Source of the DNA: Octopus sinensis
Lineage: Eukaryota
Reading direction: 5' to 3'
NCBI RefSeq assembly: GCF_006345805.1
Contig: NW_021833968.1
Location: 1-53,142, forward strand
DNA: 53,142 bases
Below, in pieces: positions 23,490 through 36,618 of the stretch. Positions within the stretch are counted from its first letter, which is position 1, and every line of letters starts with the position of its first letter. Below the pieces are notes generated by a model, which saw only the letters and a program-made list of their open reading frames with translations, searched no databases and was not told the DNA's origin. The translations under genes and the position numbers were made by a program.

Positions 23490-25050
23490 CACCACCACCA
23501 ATACCACCACCACCACCACCACCAGCACCATCACCACCACTAACATCAGCAAAAACTCCACCAGCACCAGCACCACCACCACCAGCACCACTAACATCAG
23601 CAAAAACTCCACCAGCACCAGCACCACCAGCACCACCAGCACCACTAGCACCACAGCACCACCAGCACCACCAGCACCACCAGCACCACCAGCACCAACC
23701 AGCACCACCAGCACCACCAGCACCACCAGCACCACCAGCACCACCAGCACCACCACACCACCAGCACCACCAGCACCACCAGCACCACCAGCACCACCAG
23801 CACCAGCACCACCACTAGCACACCAGCACCAGCACCACCACTAGCACCACCAGCCACCAGCACCACCATCACCACCAGCACCACCAGCAACCACCAGCAC
23901 CACCAGCACCACCAGCACCACCATCACCACCAGCACCACCAGCACCACCAGCACCACCAGCACCACCAGCACCACCAGCACCACCATCACCACCAGCACC
24001 ACCAGCACCACCAGCACCACCAGCACCACCAGCACCACCAGCACCCTAGCACCACCAGCACCACTAGCACCACCAGCACCACCAGCACCACTAGCACCAC
24101 CAGCACCACTAGCACCACACCAGCACCACCAGCACCACCAGCACCACCAGCACCACCAGCACCACTAGCACCACCAGCACCACTAGCACCACCAGCACCA
24201 CCACACCACCAGCACCACTAGCCACCACCAGCACCACACAGCACCACCAGCACCACCAGCACCACCACACCACTAGCACCACCACACCACTAGCACCACC
24301 ACACCACCAGCACCACTAGCAACCACCAGCACCACCACTAGCACCACCACCAGCACCACCACCACCACCACCAGCACCACCAGCCACCACCAGCACCACC
24401 AGCACCACCAGCACCACCAGCACCAGCACCACCACTAGCACCACCAGCACCAGCACCACCACTAGCACCACCAGCACCACCAGCACCACCAGCACCACTA
24501 GCACCACCAGCACCACCAGCACCACCAGCACCACCAGCACCACCAGCACCACTAGCACCACCAGCACCACTAGCACCACCAGCACCACCAGCACCACCAG
24601 CACCACTAGCACCACCAGCACCACTAGCACCACCAGCACCACCAGCACCACCAGCACCACCAGCACCACCAGCACCACCAGCACCACCAGCACCACCAGC
24701 ACCACCAGCACCACCACCAGCACCACCAGCACCACCAGCACCACCAGCACCACCAGCACCACCAGCACCACCAGCACCAGCACCAGCACCACCAGCCACC
24801 ACCAGCACCACCAGCACCACCAGCACCACCAGCACCACCAGCACCACCAGCACCACTAGCACCACCAGCACCACCAGCACCACCAGCACCACTAGCACCA
24901 CCAGCACCACTAGCACCACCAGCACCACCAGCACCACTAGCACCACCAGCACCACTAGCACCACCAGCACCACCAGCACCACCAGCACCACCAGCACCAC
25001 CAGCACCAGCACCACCACTAGCACCACCACCACCACCACCACCACCACCA
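23490..25050. repeat. ~1.5-kb (CACCACCAG)n 9-mer array with CACCACTAG variants
   Basis: Direct tandem repeat that grades into degenerate (CAC)n up to ~25570. Confidence 0.96.
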
Positions 25051-26270
25051 CTACAGCCATCACCACCACTATCACCATCACCACCACTACCACCATCGAA
25101 ATCATCCCGACTAGAACAAAGATCACCATCATCACTACCACCCGCACTACTACCACAACCACTACTACCATCGTTATTAATAAAACCACTTCTGAAACCA
25201 CCACCGCCACCACCATCACCACTACCACTAACTTCACCAGTTCAAGCAACACAACCATGACCCCCCCCCTGACACCCACCACCACTACCACCACCACCAT
25301 CACCACCACCACCAGTAACACCATTATCACCACCATCACAACCACCACTACCATCACCACCACCTCCACCACCACTGGCATCATAATCACTAACATCAAT
25401 AAGAACACCAAAACTCCTACTACATCCCCCACCTGCAAACACAATCCCCACCATTACTACGATAATCTACACCATTTCCACCACTAGAACGATAACCTCC
25501 ATCACCAAAATCACTGCCGCTACACTAACCCGCCTCCATCCTCCCACCACCACCACCACCACCACTATCATAAAGGCAGCCAGTATTTACCATTTCATAT
25601 TTTTCATACTTTATGTCAATCTCGTAGATGTCGGCTGACAAAGATGAATCAATGAACAAAACAGAGTCGAGTCCCTCCGCCCCTCACATCCTGGAAAAAG
25701 AAAACCTCTTTTAAAAATATAAAGAAAACAAAACAAAAAAAAATTATTGTTGGTGAAACACACCAGCTTATCTAGAAGGTTCTGACAAGTGTGTGTCAGA
25801 CAAAGATAGAAAGAATCTTCTTACATAATGATTCACTTGGTTGCATGCAAAAAGAGGCAAAAAGATGCCGCAATTTCCTTTATTCTTCCATTTCTCTGCT
25901 TCTCTCTCTCTCTCTTTCTCCCTCTCAAGCTATATATGAACATTTATAAACACACAAATGCACATACATACACACACCCACACTCACCCCCCCCCAATCA
26001 TCTACCCATACAATATACAAACACGAGCATACATGTGTATATAAAATTCAAGGAACCTAATCGCTTGACTGAGAAATAATTCAAAAGAACTCAATGTTTA
26101 AAAAACAGAGTAAAACAATATTCAATCGTTTCTTACAGCATACAAATTGTTTCGGCTGTTAAAACATCACATGAGAGAAATGACATACAACTAAAGCTAA
26201 CTTTTATAATAACCAAAGTATAATATTATAAGTAATATAATATATAATATACAATGTGATATAATATAAA

Positions 26271-26312
<42 letters not shown>

Positions 26313-26494
26313 CACACACACACACACACACACAACACACACATATATATAAATATATATATACGTACAGACATATATATACATACACACACACACACAC
26401 ATATATATATATACATACATACATATATATATATATCCTATAGATATATACATATATACATGCACACAGAAACATACACTCAGATATATACAGA

Positions 26495-27781
26495 GAAGAA
26501 ACTCTACTCCGCTTGGAATTACATGGTCGGTTCCACCGTGAAACTAACACATTAAAGGACCAGGAAGCTGTGGACATTTACAACTGGAATTAACAATGAA
26601 GATTGCCACAATTCAGCCTAAATACCTACCTAAAATGATGACTGGATGTTAAAGCACGAGAAAAGAAAAAAACAAAACATCATACTCAGTAACCAAACAG
26701 GAAAAGAAATACTTAAAGGAATTCCAAATGCAACAAATCCTAGAATCATACGTACTGGAAAGAAGAGCAGAAAAATCTAAGCGTATGAAAACCTGCACTG
26801 AAACTGCTGTCTTAGATAGTCTAACTGATAAGTGGCAAGAAAAACCTCTCAATGGCAAATACTCAAAGAGAGCTAATAATACCGATGTTGACAAAGCCCT
26901 TATCCATCAATGGTTAGTGTCTTCTGGCTTAAAATCTGAGACAGAAGGGTTTATCATATCGGCCCAAGATCAATGCCTGCCTGCAAGGAGGTACGAGGCC
27001 AACATTAAAGCACGGCGGTAGCTCAACATGTCGTGTATGTAAACAACAAAATGAAACCATCGATCATATTGTTTCCATGTGCAGTCTTTTTGTGCCTAAA
27101 GTCTATCTCAACAGACATTATAGAGCAGCACAGTATATTCACTGGGTAATTTGTAAAAAACTTAGACCTGCCCGATGATAGAAACTGGTGGGGACACAAA
27201 CCACCTACAGTCCTTGGAAATGACAACATCTCACTTCTCTGGAACTTCACCATTCAAACTGACAGAAAGATAGAAACGAATAGGCCAGACATTATATTGA
27301 AAGACTTCAGACAAAAATTATGCGTCCTCATTGATATGACTGTTCCAATCAACATAAATATATCTGTAAAAACCTACTAAAAGCTGAGCAGGTATAAAGA
27401 CATTGAAATAGAAATTAGCAAAATGTAGAACCTCAAAACTAAAACAATACCTGTTGTATGAGGTGCCCTAGGAATGATAGCAAAAAGGGCTGATTGCTAC
27501 CTAGCTCAGATACCAGGAAATCACAAAATCGCAGAAATTCAAAAGATAGTGCCCATGGAAACTGTCCATATCCTACGTAAAATACTGTCTATGTAATCTC
27601 AAATTTTAAAACAAACTTATAATTTTCTTTTCTTAAACATTCTCTAGAACAACACTATGTACAAAACCAAATATATGACACCCTAGTCATAACATCAACT
27701 TGAACTTTTAACTTGTTGTTTATTGAGGTCTTTGGGTGAGACTTGGAGTCAACTTGTACGAATACAAAGCAAATGTCAACC
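26495..27781 (+). mobile_element. Dong/R4-like RLE LINE 3' fragment B
   Basis: WQEKPLNGKY, GLKSETEGFIISAQDQ, CRVC..ETIDHIVSMC, LLWNFTIQTDRKIETNRPDI. Stop at 27594, then a 3' UTR and (TAA)n. The 5' limit is approximate. Confidence 0.92.
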
Positions 27782-28035
<254 letters not shown>

Positions 28036-28036
<1 letters not shown>

Positions 28037-29171
28037 GAATGACTGGATGCTAAAGCTCGTGGAAAATCACGAGAGACGAAAGAAGCTTCATTCTATCATA
28101 AAGGAAAGCAAAAAATTTGCTATTGATCTCGTGCACGATACCCAAACTGAACAACCCGAGGGAAGTATGGCAACTATTGTTGCAAAGAAGGTGAAAATAA
28201 TGGCAACGAAAAAAGCGCACGAGCAATTGGCTGATATGTGGGAGGAGAAACCTCTGCACGGCAAATATGTGGCCCGCAGCAAACAAGCTGATGTTGACCA
28301 GAAGCAAACCCATCAGTGGCTACGGAGCTCAGGGCTAAAAGCAGAGAGCGAAGGTTTCATCCTGGCTGCTCAAGATCAAAGCCTATTAACCCGGAACTAC
28401 CAGGCGAATGTGATGAAAAATGGAGCAGACCCAAAATTCCGATTCTGCAACGACATGATTGAAACAGTGGACCACCTAATCTCTGGATGTAAAGTCTTAG
28501 CACCAGTGGAGTATAAATTAAGACATGACAGAGTTGGCGAATATCTACACTGGCTAATAAGTCAGCATTACAATATCAAAACTGCCGACAAGTGGTATAA
28601 TCACCACCCTGAGGCTGTAACTGAAGGAGAAAATGTAACGATTCTGTGGGACTTTCCAGTACATACAGACCGAACCATCAAGGCCAATAAACCAGATATT
28701 GTTGTGAAAGACCAAAACAATAAAGTTTGCTTATTGATCGACATGAGCATCCCCTGTAATCATAATATCTCAGCGAAAGAGTTTGACAAGCTCAGAAAAT
28801 ATAAAGACCTACTCATTGAAATTGAGAAAATGTGACATCTCAAGACGGTTACAATACCAATGATCGTAGGAGCACTAGGAATGATCAAGAAGGGAACCAA
28901 AAATTATATGAGAATGATCCCTGGCTTACCATCCCTGCAAGAAGTGCAAAATATTGTCTTAACTGGTACATCACACGTATTGAGAAGAGCATTGTCGATG
29001 TGAGAATTATTACTACCCATGTATTTTAATTTAACTTTAATTAAAAAAAAATGAACGAACTATTGAGTTTAGTTTAATGGCTTACCAATGTATACTATGA
29101 GTTTCTTTGCCCTAGGAGTCGGGAAGACACTCGGCAAGAAATGGAAGCAAATTTGAAAGAAGAAAAAAAAA

Positions 29172-29172
<1 letters not shown>
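28036..29172 (+). mobile_element. Dong/R4-like RLE LINE 3' fragment C (young)
   Basis: ORF 28047..28835 has LHGKY, AAQDQSL, RHD, ILWDFPVHTDRTIKANKPDIVV..IDMS and K..KY.DL. It continues in frame past one TGA to a stop at 29003. (TAA)n on both sides. Confidence 0.95.
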
Positions 29173-29232
<60 letters not shown>

Positions 29233-29234
<2 letters not shown>

Positions 29235-29781
29235 GCAATACCAGGCACTGGCTCTCATGGCTTCTGATCTTAACTGATTGGAAGTGTTATCATGTACATT
29301 GTTTTGTCTTGGTATAAAAGATGGGTTACAGCGAATATTCTGCTCAATACCACAGATTTGTTTGTCAGTTGTTTGACCTTAACCAGTTGAGTATGTCCCT
29401 TGGTGGCTGACGATACGTGCATCTCTGATGACGAGCAGAAGTATTGGGGGAGCATTATAGCCATGTATTGAGAGGAATTCTTTGGAGCTTGGACAACTTA
29501 CCTTTGGAATCATGGGTGTTTCGTTCATAATCCTTAAACAACCCTTATTCAGGGACCTTTTGAGCGGGATGGGTTATTCAGGCTGAAAAAAAATCCAGCT
29601 GGGCTTTACGTGCAAGGTCATGCGCTGTTTATCTTGATATGAAATCACTATGTCACGCACATATGGTTGTGATGCATGTGCCTAGTGTACCCTTATCAAA
29701 CGGATAGTCATGATGGGTGTATTGTGCTTTGTATATTTGTACCCCTTTGTCCCTTTGATGGTATGCACTGCTCTCTCACTC
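29233..29781 (+). mobile_element. Non-coding TAA-tailed retroposon, copy 4
   Basis: Full-length homologue of 21348-21903. Confidence 0.9.
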
Positions 29782-30024
29782 AATAATAATAATAGTAATA
29801 ATAACAACAACAACAACAATAATAATAATTCTTCGCAGAGTTCTTGAAGCATGACCAGTAAACAAGTGTCACAGCTGATATTTTCCATCATACCCAGCAA
29901 AGTAAACTGAGTTTTTAACACAATAATAACAATGGTAGTAATAATAATGATGATGATAGCGGTGATGATGATGATAATATGTATGGGTATATGGGAAACT
30001 TAAGTTTAGATAGAGAGATAGTTT

Positions 30025-30062
<38 letters not shown>

Positions 30063-30960
30063 GAGAGAAAGAGAGGGAGAGTGATAGAAAGAAGGAAGAA
30101 ACTGCAAAGTGAAATAATAAAATTTACTGTGCCATGCTTTTGCATGAAACACAATGAATAATTATGTAAGAAGACAATGTCGGACACTTGGCTGTCAGAA
30201 GCTTTTAGAAAAGGTGATGGCGTATAAGACGAAGCCAAAAGAAGCTTTGTTTTTTTTCCTCTCTGCTTGGTGTCTGTTTATTTCTGTGTATGTGTGAGTG
30301 TGTGTGTGTGAGTGCGTGCAATGTGTGTCTGTATACGCAAAGAGAGGAAGAGATAAAGGGCGAAAGAAAGACTTGTCTGAATGCATTTATCTTGCCTGAC
30401 TATATATGAATGAGTGCGTGTGTGTGTGTTTGTGCGTGTTTGTGTGTGTTTATGGGTGTTTGTGTGTGTGCTTGTATGTGTGTTCATGTGTATGTGTGTG
30501 TATTTCATTTTCTTTTTCGTTTTTTTTTTTCAGTCATTGGACAGCGGCCATGCTGGGATACGGCTATATTTATTCATTTCTCCTACATTTTAAATTTATT
30601 TAAAAAACAGACTTTTTGCCATAAAGCAAAAAACAAACATTAAAAATGCGCCGAATCTTATGTATAAAACGAAGCTGTACCATCCACGAGTATGGCCGTT
30701 TCTACTCATAATATTGCATATTATTTTATCTAACTATATGGTGCTTCATATGTGAAATAAAGCAAATAGCTGGTGTCGCTTTGGTAGCATAAGCATCACG
30801 TGACCTAAGTTAACTAACAGAGGTGTAAACATGTACAAGCTATTTTGAATTTCTCTCAAAACTCCCGCATTACTCCTAGCATCTGATGAGACGGACCTGT
30901 CTTATGTGCCCACGAAACTGTGTGCCATGTGCAGCTGAGACAAACTGTTTTTAAATATAT

Positions 30961-31372
30961 TCTTTTATTCTTTAGCTCTTATATATGCTTCAGTCATTTG
31001 AATGCGGCCATGCTGGAGCAGCGCCTTTAGTCGAACAAATCGACCCCAGGACTCATTCTTTGTAAGTCTAGTACTTATTTTGTCGGTTTCTTTTGCAGAA
31101 CCGCTAAGTTACGGGGATGTAAATACACCAGCATCGGTTGTCAAGCGATGGTGGGGGGACAAACACAGACACACATACACACAAACATACACACACACAC
31201 GCACCTATACGACGGGCTTCTTTCAGTTTCCGTTTCCCAAATTCACTCGCAAGGTTTTGGTCGGCCCGAGGCTATAGTAAAATACACTCGACCAAGGTGC
31301 CACGCAGTAGGACTGAACCTGAACCATGTGGTTGGTAAGCAAGCTACTTACCACACATCCACTCCCTAGCCC
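30961..31372 (-). mobile_element. SINE family 1, full-length
   Basis: Reverse complement of the 8069 copy. Confidence 0.93.
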
Positions 31373-31800
31373 TATCTCTAATCCTAACCCATGCATATAT
31401 GTATGTATGCGTTAGTGTATGTGTCTGTGAGTGTATGTATGTGTGAGTGTATGTATGTATGTATAAACAAGGTGTGAATTGAGGGCGATTTGACTATCAT
31501 TTCTAGCAAGTCGAGGGAGCTCGCTGAGTTTCACCACACTTTGATTCAGAAATACGTACATTTAAGAGAATATATTCGGTGACTTTATCGGTTTTTTACT
31601 GTGTCTTATTTTTCACCAACATTGATCTATCTATCAAATATGTAAATTCATAATATTTGAAATGACACGTGATGTAACGGTCCGGAATTCGGCACAGAAT
31701 GATATTCACCAACGCAGAAAATTAGAGTCGTTGAAGCGTCGAATAGAATTCTTCGCGGTAGTCATTCTGGTTTTCTGCACACCCTGTTGTGGTTATTGGC

Positions 31801-31802
31801 GT

Positions 31803-31846
<44 letters not shown>

Positions 31847-31984
31847 TTATTGTTGTTCTTGTTCGTCTTGTTGTTGTTGTTGCTGTTGTTGTTGTTGTTG
31901 TTGTTGTTGTTCTTGTTCTTCTTCTTCTTCTTCTTCTTCTTCTTCTTCTTCTTCTTCTTCTTCTTCTTCTTCTTCTTCTTCTTC
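31801..31984. repeat. (GAT)n-(GTT)n-(CTT)n compound microsatellite
   Basis: Visible repeat. Confidence 0.96.
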
Positions 31985-32484
31985 GCTTACTCCTCCTCCT
32001 GTCTATCTGTCTGTTTGCCTGTCTTTCTACTTGTCTGTCTCTCAATGTAGTATAAATGAAAAATCTATAATCAGAATACAAGAATTATGTTTCTTATTAT
32101 TAGCTGTCTGTCTGTCAGTCAGTCAGTCAGTCAGTCAGTTTGTCTGTCTGTCTGCCTGTCTGTCTCCAGTTCTCAAAGTCCAAGCCCTTTGAGAACTGGA
32201 GATAAGTTGGACAATTGGCTTGCTGTTGACGTTTATTCAGATCCAAACATATTTACATGACCCTTATCTCTTGACACTAAGCCTTAATGACCTATTAAGT
32301 TTTGGAGTATTCTTGCTTCTTGAGATTTTCTCCCCTTCTCAACTGGAGCCGATCGTAATTGCTATTTGGTGATTATGGTATATCCTCAAGAGACCGAGAT
32401 AATTTTAAAACAATCAAGAATTTCTATTGTGTGGTATTTGATATACCTGTACCTGTCTATGTACACAATATGTGTATATAAATA

Positions 32485-32538
<54 letters not shown>

Positions 32539-32750
32539 AGAAGAAATGGAGGAAATTAGCGCAAACGAACAACTTCTTCCTGTTATTTTCCCTCCATTTT
32601 CTTCTTGCATATAATTTAAACTACGGTTTACCCGCTGAATTACCTGCTACCGCATACCATTTACCCAGGACTGTACCTACGCAGGTAATCACCAGGTGCG
32701 CCTTTGGATTTAACCATCCCTTGGAGGTTTTAAACATCTCAAAATTATAA

Positions 32751-32830
<80 letters not shown>

Positions 32831-32915
32831 ATATATTATATATATATATCTGAAAATTAAGAAAGCGGAGATATAACATTTAACAAAAAATTTATTATCT
32901 GCAAAAATCCAACAG

Positions 32916-32999
32916 TCTCCTACAGCTGTTTCATTTAAGCTTAAAGATTAAAATAGCAATTATTAAGCCATTATATTAGGCAGGATCTCATCAGGAGGA
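32916..32999 (-). ncRNA. Hammerhead-like motif in a (TA)n-adjacent PLE-like remnant
   Basis: Minus strand reads TCCTC-CTGATGA-GATC..long AT loop..-GAAAC-AGCT-GTA-GGAGA. Stem III is the palindrome ACAGCTGT; stems I and II are imperfect. Confidence 0.6.
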
Positions 33000-33044
33000 T
33001 AGAAGAAAGATATACCGTTAGGTTATAAGGTGTTGTGTTTCAGA

Positions 33045-33267
33045 ATCGTCTCAGCAGACTGATGACAGTCAAGGCTGATCTGGAACCCAACTAGGCCCCC
33101 ATATCTACGGCGTTCGACGCTGGAATAAGGAGTGGTTGGAGATCACGCGGTCGTTAGCCTCAGATCGCCAGGTCTGGTCGACGTTTGTGAGAGATGCAGC
33201 ATTGAGGATGAATGAAGCCAGCTCAACCCACCCCGGATGAATGCGGTCTCAAGTCAAGTCAAATCAA
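33045..33267 (+). mobile_element. RTE-clade LINE 3' end with (CAAGT)n tail
   Basis: Translates VKADLEP/GPHIYGVRRWNKEWLEITRSLASDRQVWSTFVRDA..SSTHPG*, with tail TCAAGTCAAGTCAAATCAA. Confidence 0.75.
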
Positions 33268-33885
33268 TATAATTTTATCGCTAATATTGGTATAAACCTG
33301 GGTCAGGGGAGTCATAGGTTGTTTTACTAGGTAATGATAATATGTAAGTATAATCAGGGTAATAATTGGTGCATAAATAAATAAATAAAGGTTAGATAGT
33401 GAGCTACAGTGAATAATAGTATCATATGAATGAGGGAATAATAAAAAAAAACTATTCTGCAATTTGTTTACAGGATTGAGGGAAATTTATATAAAATAAC
33501 ATACAATATATAAATAATATAAACACAGGTAAAAAACATTCATCTTTTAATACAGTGCGTATGGATTTGTATATATCTGTATTATGTATTTTTCTATAAT
33601 AATTATTTTAATTCTTTCTACAAATTGTGAGTTCGTTTTAAAGAGAGGAACTAACCTTTATCGCTGTCGTCTGGATAACGAAAACAATAAATCCCACATA
33701 CCGAACTTTAGAAAAAAAAACCTTGTATACTATTACGCCTCCGTTTAGAGAGACAGCATTTGTAAAGAAGATGTTGGGTTACCTGATTACGTTCTTTGAA
33801 AATCATGGTATTCTATGACTGAGTCAGTTAAATACTTACTACCAGATAGGTACATCAAATATGAAGTTTGTATGTATGTGTATGT

Positions 33886-33999
33886 ATGTCATTATTCAGT
33901 TTATTTCAAGATTTCTGCCAATAGAGAAAGAATCGGTTTCTAACCTAGATCCAAGGCTCCTTTATTGGAATGTCAACGTCAACAACAGGGTATTTTTTG
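33886..33999 (-). mobile_element. ~110-bp 3'-terminal piece of the CATA-family RLE LINE
   Basis: Reverse complement matches 22352-22428 and 48885-48987; TATG repeats on both sides. Confidence 0.85.
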
Positions 34000-34412
34000 T
34001 ATGTATGTATGTGTGTATGTATGTATGTATGCATGTATGTATGCATGCATGTATGTATGTATGTATGTATGTATGTATGTATGTATGTATGTATGTATGT
34101 ATGTATGTATGCATGTATGTATGTATGCATGTATGTATGTATGCATGTATGTATGCATGTATGTATGTATGTATGTATGTATGTATGCATGTATGTATGT
34201 ATGTATGTATGCATGTATGTATGCATGTATGTATGTATGTATGTATGTATGCATGTATGTATGTATGTATGTATGTATGTATGTATGTATGTATGTATGT
34301 ATGTATGCACGTACGTACGTATGTATGTGTGTATGTGTGTGTGTATTTATACATGTATATGTGTGTATGTACGTATGTGTATGCATATATATATCTAAGT
34401 ATAAGTATATGC

Positions 34413-34472
<60 letters not shown>

Positions 34473-34613
34473 GTATGCATGCTTGCATGTACGTACATAT
34501 GTATGTGTATGTATGTGTGTATATTCATGCACTTGTGTGTGTGTGTGCATGTACGTACATAAGTACGTATGCATGCATGTATGTGCATGTGAGTATGTAT
34601 GTATGCATTAATG

Positions 34614-34645
<32 letters not shown>

Positions 34646-34670
34646 AATGCGTGTGTGTGAATGTGTGTAT
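34000..34670. repeat. (TATG)n/(TA)n
   Basis: Visible repeat. Confidence 0.97.
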
Positions 34671-35329
34671 GTCTCTAAGTGTTTGAAATAGTGTTTGTTC
34701 TTCGGATCTTTTAGGCCATGTTTTGTCAGTCAGTCTGTCTGTCTGTGTGTCTGTCTGTCTGTCTGTGTGTCTGTTTGTCTATCACTCTCCATTAGCTTTC
34801 ACCTTAATGTGGAGAACATTATCTAGGATTTGAAGTGTTATTTTGCTGGAAGAAAAGCCTAAAAGCCTGCTGGCATCAAATAAATATAGAAATATATAAA
34901 CATTTCCAATTCCAAACGAACAAAAAAAAAAAACAGATAATGCAGAATGCTTATAATTAACACCACCGCCATCAGCAACACCGCCCCGCAATCAACCGCC
35001 TCCTCCCCCATCACCACAATCATCACTCCACCATTCCCACTTTGCCCTTCGTCATCGTCGTCGTCGTCGTCGTCGTCGGCGTTTTCCTCACTTTCGTCTT
35101 CGCCGAGATCCTCCTGCTCATTACCATCGCTGTCATCATTATCTACGCTGACGCCGTGATGCTGCTACTGCTGCTGCTGCTGCTGCTGATGATGATGAAG
35201 GATGGTCGTCACCGTCTCAATCACTACCGTCGCCGCCACCACCAACACAACCACCGCCACCGCCATCGCCATCGCCACCCACCCTTACCACCACTGCCAC
35301 CAACAACACCACCGTTCTCCACGCTGACG

Positions 35330-35389
35330 TCGTCGTCGTCGTCGTCATCATCATCATCATCATCATCATCATCGCCATCATCGTCATCG

Positions 35390-35420
<31 letters not shown>

Positions 35421-35705
35421 TACCATCATCACCGCTATCAACATCGTCGTCATCATCATCGTTATCATCCTCGTCATCGTCATCATCATCATCACCACTA
35501 TCATCATCGTCATTATCATCATCGTCATCGTCATCATCATCATCATCATCGTCATCGTCATCGTCATCATAATCATCATCATCATCATCATCGTCATCAT
35601 CGTCGTCATCGTCGTCATCGTCATCATCATCATCATCGTCATCATCATCATCATCATCATCATCACCCTCCTCAAATTGAAAGTCGACATCGTTATCGTC
35701 ATCAA
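35330..35705. repeat. (TCA/TCG)n
   Basis: Visible repeat; poly-S/M ORFs. Confidence 0.95.
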
Positions 35706-36019
35706 CAGGATAGAAAGAGCTTGCATGTGGTCGTTCGACTCACCAGAAATAGCAAGCAAATGTGCCTCATTCCATACTCTATCGCCATAGTAAAGGCTGT
35801 GTACATTGGAATAGGGTATTAAATGTAATCGAACGAAAAAGATGAATAGTCAGAGATTGAAGAGCTTTGACCATAGGGTTACTCAGGAATGGATGACCCA
35901 AAGTCTAACATTTATTAAAGCAATTCCTTTAATGACACTTGCCAGCGACGGAATGAAAGCGCAGCTTCACATAAATTCATTAACCATTACGATAATGTCT
36001 AACTTTTACTCTACGCTCA

Positions 36020-36618
36020 TATGTATGTATGGACCGATGAATGTGTGTATGTATGTATGTATGTATGTATGTATGTATGTATGTATGTATTTATGTATGT
36101 ATGTATGTACGTATGAATGTGTATGTATGCATGCTCGCATACATGCATGTATATATGTATTTATGTAGGTATGTATGCATGTATGTATGTATGTATATAT
36201 GCATAAATGTATGTATGCATGTATGTAGGTATGTATGTATGTATGTATCTAGGTATGCATCCATGTATGTATGTAGGTATGTACGTATGTATCTAGGTAT
36301 GTATGTATGCATGTATGTATGTATGTATCTAGGTACGTATGTATGTATGCTTGCATGTATGTATATATGTATGCATGTATGTAAGTTGGTTATTATGTTT
36401 GTATGTATGCATGTATGCATGCATGTTTGTATGTATGTATGTATGTATGTATGTATGTATGTATGTATGTATATATGTATGTATGTATGTATGTATGCAT
36501 GTATGTGTATGGGATTGTATGTATGTATGTATGCATGCGTGCGTGCATGCATGTATGTATATATGCATGCACGTATGTATGCATGCATGTATGTATATAT
36601 GTATGTCTGTACGTATGC
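36020..36618. repeat. Degenerate (TATG)n
   Basis: Visible repeat. Confidence 0.95.

Noticed and set aside
23640-25020. Many E. coli Chi sites (GCTGGTGG) on the minus strand
   Set aside because: A by-product of the 9-mer repeat; Chi has no established role in an animal genome.
24338-25444. 368-aa ORF and other long low-complexity ORFs (poly-V/L, MYVC, YIHT, poly-S/H/T)
   Set aside because: They are translations of simple repeats that lack stops in some frames; no domain or splice evidence.
28833-28835. In-frame TGA as programmed readthrough or selenocysteine
   Set aside because: It aligns with a conserved Trp (LW in fragment A), and fragment B has TAG at the same site; ordinary G-to-A decay explains both.
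30877-30930. CTGATGAG..CGAAAC hammerhead candidate
   Set aside because: Stem II pairs poorly and there is no clean NUH or stem I. At most a decayed remnant, so it is not listed as a feature.
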